Translations under genes and position numbers: made by a program
Notes under the pieces: generated by a model
The model's input: only the letters and a program-made list of their open reading frames with translations
Database searches by the model: none
Told to the model about the DNA's origin: nothing
Shown: piece after piece, positions 39,801-50,182 of the stretch
Layout: every line of letters starts with the position of its first letter
Position numbering within the stretch: the stretch's first letter is position 1
Assembly (NCBI RefSeq): GCF_052425735.1
Contig: NC_135767.1
Span: forward strand, 4,154,001-4,218,000
DNA from: Oculina patagonica
Taxonomy: Eukaryota
DNA length: 64,000 nt
Direction: 5' to 3'

Positions 39801-42800
39801 AAACTGTACATTTCAAGTCTCAAACTGGCCGGTTTTGGTGGATCTGGAGTGAAAATAATCTTTTATCTACGTGGTGTTATTTCAACCTGACAAGGGCCCC
39901 TAATCATCATTTTTAGTGGTTCATGTAGCACTTTCTTATTCGATTGTTTTGCACCGGGAGTGAAAATTAGGATGAATGCACGTGATGGCATTTTTCCAAA
40001 ATATCCAAACTGTACGTTTGGCGTTTCAAACAGGCCGGTTTTGCAGAATCTGGAGTGAAAATACGCTTTAATCTACGTGGTAGTATTTCAACAGAATGTC
40101 CCAGAATCGTCATTTTTAGTGGCCCATGTATCACTTTCTTATTCGATTGTTTTGCACCGGGAGTGAAAATTAGGATGAATGCACGTGATGGCAATTTTCC
40201 AGAAAGACCCGAACTGTTCATTGCAAGTCTCAAACTGGCCGGTTTTGTCTGGATCTGGAGTGAAAAGAAACTTTAATCCTCGTAGTGGTATTTGAACACT
40301 AGGGCCCAAAATTGTCATTTCAGAGGCTCATTTAGTACTTTCTTATTCAATTATTTTGCACCTTGGGTAAAAATTAGGATGAATCCACGTGATGGCATTT
40401 TTCCAAAAAGACCCAAACTGTACATTTCAAGTCTCAAACTGGCCGGCTTTGCTGGATCTGGAGTGAAAATACTCTTTTATCTGCGTGGTGTTTTTTCAAC
40501 CTGACAAGGGAACCTCATCATCATTTTTAGTGGCCCATGTAGCACTTTCTTATTCGATTGTTTTGCACCGGGGGTGAAAATTAGGATGAATGCACGTAAT
40601 GGCATTTTTCCAAAATATCTAAACTGTACGTTTAAAGTCTCAAACTGTCCAGTTTTGCTGGATCTGGAGTGAAAATACGTTTTTATCTACGTGGTAGTAT
40701 TTCAACAGAATGTCCCAGAATCGTCATTTTCAATGGCCCAAGTATCACTTTCTTATTTGATTCTGTTGGACCTGAAGTGAAAATAAGGATGAATCAACGT
40801 GATGGCATTTTTCCAAAAAGAATCAAACTGTTCATTGCAATTCTCCAATTGGCCGGTTTTGCTGGATCTGGAGTTAAAACAAGCTTTAATCTTCTTGGTG
40901 GTATCTGACCACAAGGGCCCAACATCGTCATTTTCAGTGGCTCATGTATCACTTTCTTATCTGATTCTTTTAGGCCTGTAGTGAAAAAAGGATGAATCGA
41001 CGTGATGGCATTTTTACAAAAAGACCAGAACTGTACATTGCAAGTCTCCAACTGGCCGGTTTTCCTGGATCTGGAGTGAAAAGAAACTTTAATCTTCGTG
41101 GTGGTATTTGAACTCAATGGCCCAAAATCGTCATTTTCAGTGGCTCATGTATCACTTTCTTATCTGATTGTTTTGGACCTGTAGTGAAAATAAGTATGAA
41201 TCCACGTGATGGCATTTTACCAAAAAGACCCAAACTTTACATTTTAAGTCTCACATTGGCCGGTTTTGCTGGATCTGGAGTGACAATAAGCTTCAATCTA
41301 CGTGGTGGTATTTTACTAAAAGGGCGCAAATCGTCATTTTCAGTGGCTCATGTAGTACTTTCTTATTCGATTATTTTGCACCTGGTTTCAAAATTAGGAT
41401 GAATCCACGTAATGGCATTTTTGCAAGAAGACCCAAACTGTACATTTCAAGTCTCAAACTGGCCGGTTTTGCTGGATCTGGATTGAAAATAAGCTTTAAT
41501 CTTCCTTATGGTACTTCAAAACAAGGGCCCAAAATCGTCATTTTCAGTGGCTCATGTAGCAGTTTCTAATTCGATTCTGTTGGACCTTGAGTGAAAAATT
41601 AGGATGAATCCACGTGATGGTATTTTTCCAAAAAAGACCCAAAATGTACATTGCAAGTCTCCAACAGGCCGGTTTTGCTGGATCTAGAGTGAAAATAAGC
41701 TTTAATCTACGTACGTGGTGGTAATTCAACACAAGGGCAAATAATCGTCATTTTCAGTGGCCTATGTAGCATTTCCTTGTTCGATTGTCTTGGACGTGGA
41801 GTGACAATTAGGATGAATCTACGTAATGGTGTTTTTCCAAAAAGAACCAAACTGTACATTTCAAGTCTCAAACTGGCCGGTTTTGTCTGGATATGGAGCG
41901 AAAATAAACTTTAATCTACGTTGTGGTATTTCAACCAAAGGGCACAAAATCGTCATTTTCAGTGGCTCATGTAGTACTTTCTTATTCGATTATTTTTCAC
42001 CTTGGGTGAAAATTAGGATGAATCCAGGTGATGGCATTTTTCCAAAAAGACCCAAACTGTACATTTCAAGTCTCAAACTGGCCGGTTTTGGTGGATCTGG
42101 AGTGAAAATAATCTTTTATCTACGTGGTGTTATTTCAATGTGACAAGGGAACCTCATCATCATTTTTAGTGGCCCATGTAGCACTTTCTTATTCGATTGT
42201 TTTGCACCGGGAGTGAAAATAAGGATGAATGCACGTGATGGCATTTTTTCAAAATATCTAAACTGTACTTTTAAAGTTTCAAACAGGCCGGTTTTGCTGG
42301 ATCTGGAGTGAAATTACGTTTTTATCTACGTGGTAGTATTTCTACACAATGTCCCAGAATCGTCATTTTCAATGGCCCATGTATCACTTTCTTATTTGAT
42401 TCTGTTGGACCTGTAGTGAAATCAACGTGATGGCCATTTTCCAAAAAGACCCAAACTGTTCATTTCAAGTTTCAAACTGGCCGGTTTTTCTGGATATAGA
42501 GTGAAAATAAGCTTTTATTTAATCTACGTGGTGGTTTTTCAACACAATGTCCAAAAATCGTTATTATGAGTGGCTCATTAATCACTTTCTTTTTTTATTC
42601 TTTTGAACGTGTAGTGAAAATGAGGATGAATCATCGTGATGGTATTTTTCCATAAAGACTCAAATTGTACATGTCAAGTCTCAAAGTGGCCGGTTTTGCT
42701 GGATCTAGAATGAGAATAAGCCTCAATCTATGTGGTAGTATTTCAACACATGGGCCCAAAATCGTCATTTTTAGTGTCTCATGTAGCATTTTGTTATTAG

Positions 42801-42847
42801 TATCTTTTTGTCCTGGAGTGAAAATTAAGATTAATCCCCGTGATGGC

Positions 42848-43348
42848 GGAATCTCAAATGGATTCCGCTAGCTGGTCGATGCTTTGGACACCACTGCTGT
42901 GCTGTACAAAACGCTATTAAAGGGGACATTCCAGAACATTTTAACAACTTCAAAACGACCATGAACGATTCACACGGCTACAGCACAAGAAACAGCTATC
43001 TGCCCAGACTCCCAAAAATAAGAACTGACTGGGGAAAGAGAGTCACCAGCTACAAATGTACTATCGATTGGTCATCTTTACCCGATGTTTTAAAAAGACC
43101 TATGCCTTGTGACATTTTTAAACAAAAAATTAAGAACTTTTTAATAGCAAAGTACTTTTAGCTTTTTATTTTTAGAACATTATTCTTAATTTTTAGAACA
43201 TTATACTTGTAATTTTATATTTTTACCTTTTTAACTTGATTTTTAACCTTGTAATTAGTTTTATTTGAGGACCTCTCTGAAAACCACTTCATGTGACGGG
43301 AGCCTCCTCTTAAAAAATTATTTATTATTATTATTATTATTATTTATT
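42848..43348 (+). mobile_element. 5'-truncated CR1/L2-type LINE (ORF2 C-terminus, 3'UTR and (ATT)n tail)
   Basis: HGYSTRNS...PKIRTDWGKR...W..LP..LK...FKQKIK resembles the ORF2 C-terminal tail; 3' stem-loop near 43268-43310; (TTA)n tail; ATGGC duplicated at 42843-42847 and 43349-43353; the satellite resumes in register. Confidence 0.85.
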
Positions 43349-43825
43349 ATGGCATTTTTTCCAAAATGACCAAAACTATACACTCCAAGTCTTAAGCTGG
43401 CCGGTTTTGCGGGTGAGTTGAAAACACTGACTTCCGATCCGCGGACTACGGACTACCCTACTGACTACCCCTACGGACTACCCTAAATAATCAACCAAAT
43501 TTACATTTACGGTGAGACTAAGTTACTTCTGAGTTAGGATTTCGAGTTTAATTTTCGAGTTGGATTTTCAAGTTAGATTTCTTAAGTTGGATTTTGCAGT
43601 TGGATTTTTTGCCGGAATTTCCTTGTTTGCTAGAAGTTAGATCCACTTTGGTTTGCCTGCGGTTAGCTTTCATTTGTTAGCTAGGATGACACTATAATAT
43701 ATATTTATGCTTACTTATCGGCCTTAGCCGAAGTAAAAAAGAAACCGACAGAATGAAAAACTAAGGGACTGAAATTTCACTGAATTATCTTACAATTATG
43801 GAAAAGTGAGAAGAAAAAAAGAAAA

Positions 43826-43944
43826 CCCCACAACATAGGGGTAGTTCCAGTTGGTCACCCAGCCAATTACTTACCCTGTCGACAGGGCTTAACTTCGGCG
43901 ATCGGACAAGAGCCAGTGCTTTCCTTGTGGTATCAGTTCCAGGC
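43826..43944 (-). ncRNA. Divergent full-length 5S rRNA-like sequence, copy 1 (inside the transposon)
   Basis: Reverse complement gcctggaactgataccacaaggaaagcactggctcttgtccgatcgccgaagttaagccctgtcgacagggtaagtaattggctgggtgacc...tacccctatgttgtgggg is colinear with eukaryotic 5S over 119 nt; box A, box C and a downstream T-run are present. Confidence 0.8.
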
Positions 43945-44057
43945 TATATTCCTGGTTTAAATGAATCTTTCTAACAATTTGACACGTTTCTGTTTAACTG
44001 GACTAACCTTTATTAAGTGGTTTTCGTAAGTCTTAACCCTCTTATTAATTATGTCGT

Positions 44058-44183
44058 GTCTGTGACAGATACCACAAGGAAAGCACCAGTTCTTATTGTA
44101 CGATTGACTAAGTTAAGCCCTGTTGGGCACGGTTGGTAGTATTTGGATGGGGTGACCAGCCAGAAATACCCTTCGTTGTTGGC
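44058..44183 (+). ncRNA. Divergent full-length 5S rRNA-like sequence, copy 2 (inside the transposon)
   Basis: gtctgtgacagataccacaaggaaagcaccagttctt...aagttaagccctgttgggc...tagtatttggatggggtgacc...aatacc...gttgttggc followed by a T-run; more degenerate than copy 1. Confidence 0.75.
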
Positions 44184-44659
44184 CTTTCTTTTTTTTCTTT
44201 CTTCAGGCCATTGTGATCCCCCACGTTAAAAAATTTGTTTTATTCGCGGTCAGTTCGAAATCCGTCTCAAAAAAAAAATCCTACTCAAAATCCAACCCGA
44301 AAATCCAACTCGAAAAACCTACTTCAAATACAATTTGAGAATCCAACTTGGTAATCCAACTCAAAATCTTAATTTAGAGGTTAGTCTGTATCACGGTAAA
44401 GGAAAATTTGGTTGATTATTTAGGGTAGTCCGTAGGGGTAGTCCGCGGAGTAATCCGTAGGGTAGTCTGTGGAGTGGGGGTCAGTGGGTAGTCCGCGGAT
44501 CGGGGGTCAGTGTTTTCAACTCACCCCCGGTTTTGCTGTCTCTGGAGTGAAAACAAGCTTTAATCTTCCTTGTTGTATTTCAAATCAAGGGCCGAAAATC
44601 GTCATTTTTCAGTGGCTCATGTAGCACTTTCTTATTCGGACTTACCTTAAATCACGTAA

Positions 44660-44912
44660 TGGATTTCGAAGCATGAAACAACTAGGGGTATTGCTACTCC
44701 ACCTCGGTAGGAGGGTAGTGCAAAGCTAAGTGCCCCCCCAATCCCCCAACCCCCCAACCCCACCCCAAGCATTTTGTAAGGCCTGCAATATGCATTCACC
44801 CCTGCGGGTAGAAAGAGGCACTGCGAGAGCTGTCCTGCCCAAGAACACAATACAATGACTCTGGTAAGAGCTTGAACCCAGATCACTCAATCCGGAGTCC
44901 AACGCCACCGCG
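44660..44912 (-). mobile_element. tRNA-derived SINE
   Basis: Minus-strand head ttggactccggattgagtgatctgggttcaagct, followed by the conserved ttgtgttcttgggcag...cagtgcctct body. Confidence 0.7.
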
Positions 44913-45439
44913 TCTTCCAGAATTTCTGTTTACGAATTCTTTTTATACCACCAAAACGTTTACGGAGTAAATATCTGCTAATAGTGTAATATAACGATTT
45001 ATTTATCGCCCTCGTCATCATTAAGAAGGCTATTTATGATGTATACAAAGGAAAGTTACATGTATCAGGTAGAACTGATAAGCAAGTGGCCTTCTGATTA
45101 AAGACATCGAAAATACAGGTAAAGATATGTGATTCAGATTAAAATATTTGAAACAGAACTATATATTGAAATTAAAAACCTTTTATAAAAATGTTTTATG
45201 CCGTACAAATTGTTTTTAAAGCTATGTTCTTAATTGTTTTCTCATAACTGTCGTAATACTTCAACTATAACTAAGTCATTGATATTGAAAACGAAATAAC
45301 CAGAAAGAAATGTCATTTACTGGACGTTTTAACTACACAGATCTGATCAATTCTCTTTACACAGTTTAGCTCCTCAGTTCATAAAGTTAAAATATACATA
45401 TGGTTACTTATTACTTGTTTCTTCAAAATCAGCACTTCT

Positions 45440-45781
45440 CTACCGAATAACAGAAACAGGAATCGACGTCGCAGAAGGAAATGTTGTAACCGGCGAAACC
45501 AGTTTATTGGGCGACGGACCACTAATACGAAATATCATCTTCTCCCCCATGTCATAGCTCGGAGACGTAGGAGGCGCGAAGCGTGGGCACAAGCAAAGAG
45601 GACAGTAAGACATAGGCACGACTGGCCGGGACAAATATTTCCATAGAGTAGTAGTAGTGGGGTTAAACGAATTTGCTTCAGGAGGTTCGAACTTGACTTG
45701 AGGAGGTCTCCTATCGCCAGCTGCTGGTGCGTCGTTGAAGGGACGTTTGTTCAACCTGTACACAAACCTTTGGCCAGGAAC
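45440..45781 (-). CDS. ETS-domain transcription factor copy A, exon 3
   Basis: ttgcag acceptor; VPGQRFVYRL completes the ETS domain; Pro/Ser-rich tail ending SIPVSVIR-stop. Confidence 0.9.
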   Translation of the reverse strand, partial: VPGQRFVYRLNKRPFNDAPAAGDRRPPQVKFEPPEANSFNPTTTTLWKYLSRPVVPMSYCPLCLCPRFAPPTSPSYDMGEKMIFRISGPSPNKLVSPVTTFPSATSIPVSVIR

Positions 45782-45974
45782 CTGCAATACAACATGAAAC
45801 ATGTCATCAAGTCTTAACGGTCTTAACTTTTGCGCTTGGCATTTCGAACATTTCAGTTTAGTTTACATTGAGATCAAACAATTTTTATATTTTAAGTTTT
45901 AGTGTTCCCAATTTCAGGCAAGTGTCAATGTATTTAGCACTGCTGTACTAATTAATGACACTGTAAAAAGATAA

Positions 45975-46170
45975 ACAAATATTATAAATCGAACAAAAAC
46001 TTATTAAAAACCCCAACTGGCGGGAGGCTGTCCAGTTGGCTATTTACAAAGCGTGGAGGAGTTGAATTCGTAACGACCAAACACAAATCCATCTAGTGGC
46101 ATGGAGGAGGATTTGAACCCGGGCCTCCGGATTACAAGTCCAATTCTCTAATCACTAGGCCACGCTGCCT
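45975..46170 (-). mobile_element. tRNA-derived SINE in ETS-A intron 2
   Basis: Head aggcagcgtggcctagtg (A box) ... gggttcaaatcc (B box). Confidence 0.8.
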
Positions 46171-46739
46171 TCTCCTGTTTTAGTTCACTGTTAGGTGCAA
46201 TTGTTTATCTCCTACAGTGAGTAATTCATCACTTCATAAGTAGCTACCTTCCTTACAAACTCAAAGAGACAGATCGTGACAATGAAGCCTTGATCACCTA
46301 GCTTAGTAAAAACGTTTTGACCAGGAACCAAATCCTTCTGAGGAGAACTCTATAAAGGTCAAGGAAAACAGTTATAGGAAATTTAACATGGTGTCCAGGG
46401 TATCCACACAAAGCTGAAATAGCTTTCGCCTTAGAAACCGTTACACAAGACATTCAAGTGGGATGCTTAAATTAAAAAAGTACCCTCTTAACCTGTTACA
46501 TTTCGAAGTACCACTGATTCAAGTCTTTTAAAAAGTACTGATGGTGGTGGTGTATTTTAGAAAGCACATCAAGGCCTTTCGAGTTGTTGCATTGATTTAG
46601 AAAGTATTCCCCATACGAAATCTTTGAGTTTGCTCAGTGCTATATATTTACAACAAATGCTACTAAGCTTTCGAGTTGGCTGCTTTAGTAGTACATTGAA
46701 GTTGTTGCTGTAGCCTTCCCAAGAATTCATCACCACAAG

Positions 46740-49017
46740 GTTTTCGAGTTGTTGCTGTAATTTAGAAAGTTCCTTAAGCCCTTTGGAGTTGTTGCTGTAT
46801 TTTAGAAAGCTCCTTAAACCCTTTAGAGTTGTTGCTGTATTTTAGAAAGTTCATTTAGCCCTTTCGAGTTGTTTCTGTATTTTAGAAAGTTTCGTAAGCC
46901 CTTTAGAATTGTAGCTGTATTTTAGAAAGTTCCTTTACCCTTTAGAGTTTTTTCTGTATTTTGCAAAGTTCCTTAAGCCCTTTCGAGTTGTTGCTTTATT
47001 TTTAGAAAGTTCCTTAAGCCCTTTCGAGTAGTTGCTGTAATTTAAAAAAAAAATTACTTAAGCCCTTTCGAGTATTTGCTGTGATTTAGAAAGTTCCTTA
47101 AGCCCTTTCGAGTTGTTGCTGCATTTTAAAAAGTTCCTTAAGCCCTTTTGAGTTGTTGCTGTATTTTAGAAAGTTCACTAAACCATTTCGAATTGTTGCT
47201 GTATTTTAAAACGTTCCTTAAACCATTTCGAATTGTTGCTGTATTTTAGAAAGTTCCTTAAGCCCTTTCGTGTTGTTGCTGTATTTTAGAAAGTTTCTTA
47301 AGCCCTTTCGAGTTGTTACTCTATTCAATAAAGTACCTTAAGCCCTTTCGAGTTGTTGCTGTATTTTAGAAAGTCCATTTAGCCCTTTCGAGTTGTTTCT
47401 GTATTTTAGAAAGTTCCTTAAGCCCTTTAGAATTGTAGCTGTATTTTAGAAAGTTTCTTAACCCTTTAGAGTTTTTGCTGTATTTTGCAAAGTTCCTTAA
47501 GCCCTTTCGAGTTGTTGCTTTATTTTTAGAAAGTTCCTTAAGCCCTTTCGAGTAGTTGCTGTAATTTAAAAAAAATTACTTAAGCCCTTTCGAGTATTTG
47601 CTGTAATTTAGAAAGTTCCTTAAGCCCTTTCGAGTTGTTGCTGCATTTTAAAAAGTTCCTTAAGCCCTTTTGAGTTGTTGCTGTATTTTAAAACGTTCCT
47701 TAAACCATTTCGAATTGTTGCTGTATTTTAGAAAGTACCTTAAGCCCTTTCGAGTTGTTTCTGTATTTTAGAAAGTTCCTTAAGCCCTTCCGAGTTGTTG
47801 CTGTATTTTAGAAAGTTTCTTAAGCCCTTTCGAGTTGTTGCTGTATTTTAGAAAGTTCCTTATGCCCTTTCGAGTTGTAGCTGCTTTTTAGAAAGTTCCT
47901 TTAGCCCTTTCGAGTTGTTGCTGTTCAGTATTTTAAGAAGTTCTTCAAGCCCTTTCAATTTGTTGCCGTAATTTAGAAAGTTCCTTAAGCCCTTTCAAGT
48001 TGTTGCTGTATTTTAGAAAGTACTTTAAGCCCTTTCAAGTTGTTGCTGTATTTCAAAAAAGTTCCTTAAGCCCTTTTGAGTTGTTGCTGTATTTCAGAAA
48101 GTTCCTTAAACCCTTTCAAGTTGTTGCAGTTTTTTAGAAAGTTCTTTAAGCCCTTTCAAGTTGTTGCTGTATTTTAGAAAGTTCCTTAAACCCTTTCCAG
48201 CTGTTGTTGTATTTTAGAAGGTTCCTTAAGCCCTTTCGAGTTGTTGCTGTAATTAAGAAAATTCCCTAAGCCCTTTCGAGTTGTTGCTGTATTTTAGAAA
48301 GTTCCTTAAGCCCTTTCAAGTTGTTGCTGTATTTTAGAAAGGTCCTTTAAGCTCTTTCGAGTTGTTGCTGTAATTAAGAAAGTTCCCTTAGCCCTTTCGA
48401 GTTGTTGCTGTAATTTAGAAAGTTCCCTAAGCCCTTTTGAGTTGCTGCTGTAATTTAGAAAGTTCCTTAAGCCCTTTCAAGTTGTTCCTGTATTTTAGAA
48501 AGTTCCTTAAGCCCTTTCGAGTTGTTGCTGTATTTTAGAAAGTTTCTTAAGCCCTTTCGAGTTGTTGCTGTAATTAAGAAACTGAATTTCCTTAAGCCCT
48601 TTTAAGTTGTTGCTGTAATTTAGAAAGTTCCTTAAGCCCATTCGAGTTGTTATTGTATTTTAGAAAGTTCAAATCAGGCATTATTGCAAGCTATTAACGG
48701 AACAATTTATTTATAACTCTAATTTTCAATTCCTTTCTTTTGCTAGTTAATCTGTCCATATACTTTATTTTCCCCTTTTTTCAGTAAATTTCTTAAGTAA
48801 ACTTAGATTATGTTTGTGTTTGTGTGTTGTTGTATTTTTTATCTAAATCTTTAGTACTCCTGAACCTTTTAATAATCATGTAATAAACACTTAGGATGGC
48901 TGCCCAATCTTATAAGCCAATGGTGGTTATCTTGGGCAGCCATGCACATTATTTTATTTTTATTATTGTCTGTATTGTAAATTTAATTAAATTAAATTAA
49001 GGGTGCGCAGAATAAAG

Positions 49018-49048
<31 letters not shown>

Positions 49049-49400
49049 CAAGCCCTTTCGAGTTGTTGCTGGATTTTAGAAAGGTCCTTATGCCCTTTCG
49101 AGTTGTTGCTGCAATTTAGAAAGTACCTTAAGCCCTTTCGAGTTGTTACTGTTTATAGAAAGATTCTTAAGCCTTTTCGAGTTGTTAATGTAATCAAGGA
49201 ATTTCATTAAGCCCTTTCGAGTTGTTGCTGTAATTAATGGTCATTAATAGAAAGTGCCTCAAACCCTTTCGAGTTGTTGTTTTGTGTTGTTGCTGTAATT
49301 TACAAATTTTCTTAAGCTCTTATGAGTTGTAAGTTGCTGTATTTAAGAAAGTTTCTCTTGAAAGGTTTTTTTCGAATTGTTGCTGTAATTTAGAAAGTAC
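46740..49400. repeat. 40-bp minisatellite (ttgctgtattttagaaagttccttaagccctttcgagttg), more than 50 units, in ETS-A intron 2
   Basis: Head-to-tail units with no spacers; degenerate units extend on both flanks. Confidence 0.97.
48671..49048 (+). mobile_element. LINE 3'-end fragment inserted in the 40-bp array
   Basis: 12-bp stem ATGGCTGCCCAA/TTGGGCAGCCAT, then AATAAA and a (GTT)n tail; the array resumes after it. Confidence 0.7.
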
Positions 49401-49928
49401 CCTAATTTATTTGCTGTGCTGCTGTAATTTAGTACCAAAAGATTTCGTGTGCATGTTGGCTGCTGTTATTTAGAATACTCCAGTGAAAAACCGTTCGAGA
49501 TAACTGTTGTGCTGAAGTACTGCAAGGCTTTCGAAAAAGCTGCTGTATAATATTATTTAGAGTGCCACATGTACAAATCGTACGAGTTTAAGATGCTGTA
49601 ATTTAATAAGATAATGCCCTCCAAGCTTTCAAGTTCGTTTAATGTAATTTGTAAAGTACTACAGTTGCAACCTTTTGTCAGGTTTACTGACTGGTCCTGA
49701 CTCTTTCTTAGGAAATAACCTTTTGAAAATATTTGGTTCTGTAATTTATAAAGTACAACAAACTTTTCGAGTTGGTTTCTACATCCAAGTTTTTGGTCAT
49801 TTTTGAGGTAAAAAGTACTCAGGGAAAATTTAACATTAAAGTTAATGAAAATGCTAAATATCCAAAAATTTCAGCTTAACTTGTTTGTTACAGTTATGTA
49901 ACGTTTGATACAGGAATTATTGACTTAC

Positions 49929-50182
49929 CTTTTTAATAATTCCCTGTTGATAATAATACCTTAAGGCTCGACTCAGTTTCTTGTAAGTCATTGCTTTGTT
50001 TCGTTTGAATATTCCCCATCGTCTGGCGACTTCTTCAGGGTTATTCAGTTTAAACTCTCTGTGTTCTTTTCTGCTCCAGCTAATGATTGCTTTACAGCTA
50101 TCGTTTCTCAAAAGCTGCAGCAAAAACTGCCATAAATGGACAATATTTCGTTGGCGAAGTTGTCTTTCCTCTGACTCTGTCT
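49929..50182 (-). CDS. ETS copy A, exon 2 (most of the ETS domain; ELF/ESE/SPDEF-like)
   Basis: HLWQFLLQLL...ISWS...FKL..PEEVARRWG..K...MTYKKLSRALRYYY..GII; ggcag acceptor and gtaagt donor. Confidence 0.95.

Larger units (their letters stand above)
43411..44526. mobile_element. Mutator-like non-autonomous DNA transposon (1116 bp)
   Basis: 10-bp TSD CCGGTTTTGC (43401-43410, 44527-44536); perfect 21-bp terminal TIR GGGTGAGTTGAAAACACTGAC extending as ~200-250-bp imperfect inverted arms. Confidence 0.9.
34230..44641. repeat. ~204-bp satellite array, about 42 contiguous monomers (to 42847) plus a last monomer split by two insertions
   Basis: The ctggccggttttgctggatctggagtgaaaat motif recurs at 34707, 34910, 35109, 35313, 35517, 35720, 35922 and onward. 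Confidence 0.97.

Noticed and set aside
34180-42871. The many 60-150-aa ORFs within the satellite
   Set aside because: They arise because the 204-bp monomer is a multiple of 3; they occur on both strands and are broken by frequent frameshifts.
43826-44183. A canonical 5S rDNA locus or SINE3 copies
   Set aside because: Too divergent from canonical 5S, not in tandem, and lacking a SINE body or tail; reported as transposon-borne 5S-like sequences instead.
45975-46170. Functional tRNA genes (also 54925-55121 and the other SINE heads)
   Set aside because: A and B boxes run into SINE body sequence with no closing acceptor stem or terminator.
46500-49800. 40-bp repeats as a CRISPR array
   Set aside because: Units are head-to-tail with no unique spacers, lie in a eukaryotic intron, and no cas genes are present. 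The variable segments at the edges are decayed units.
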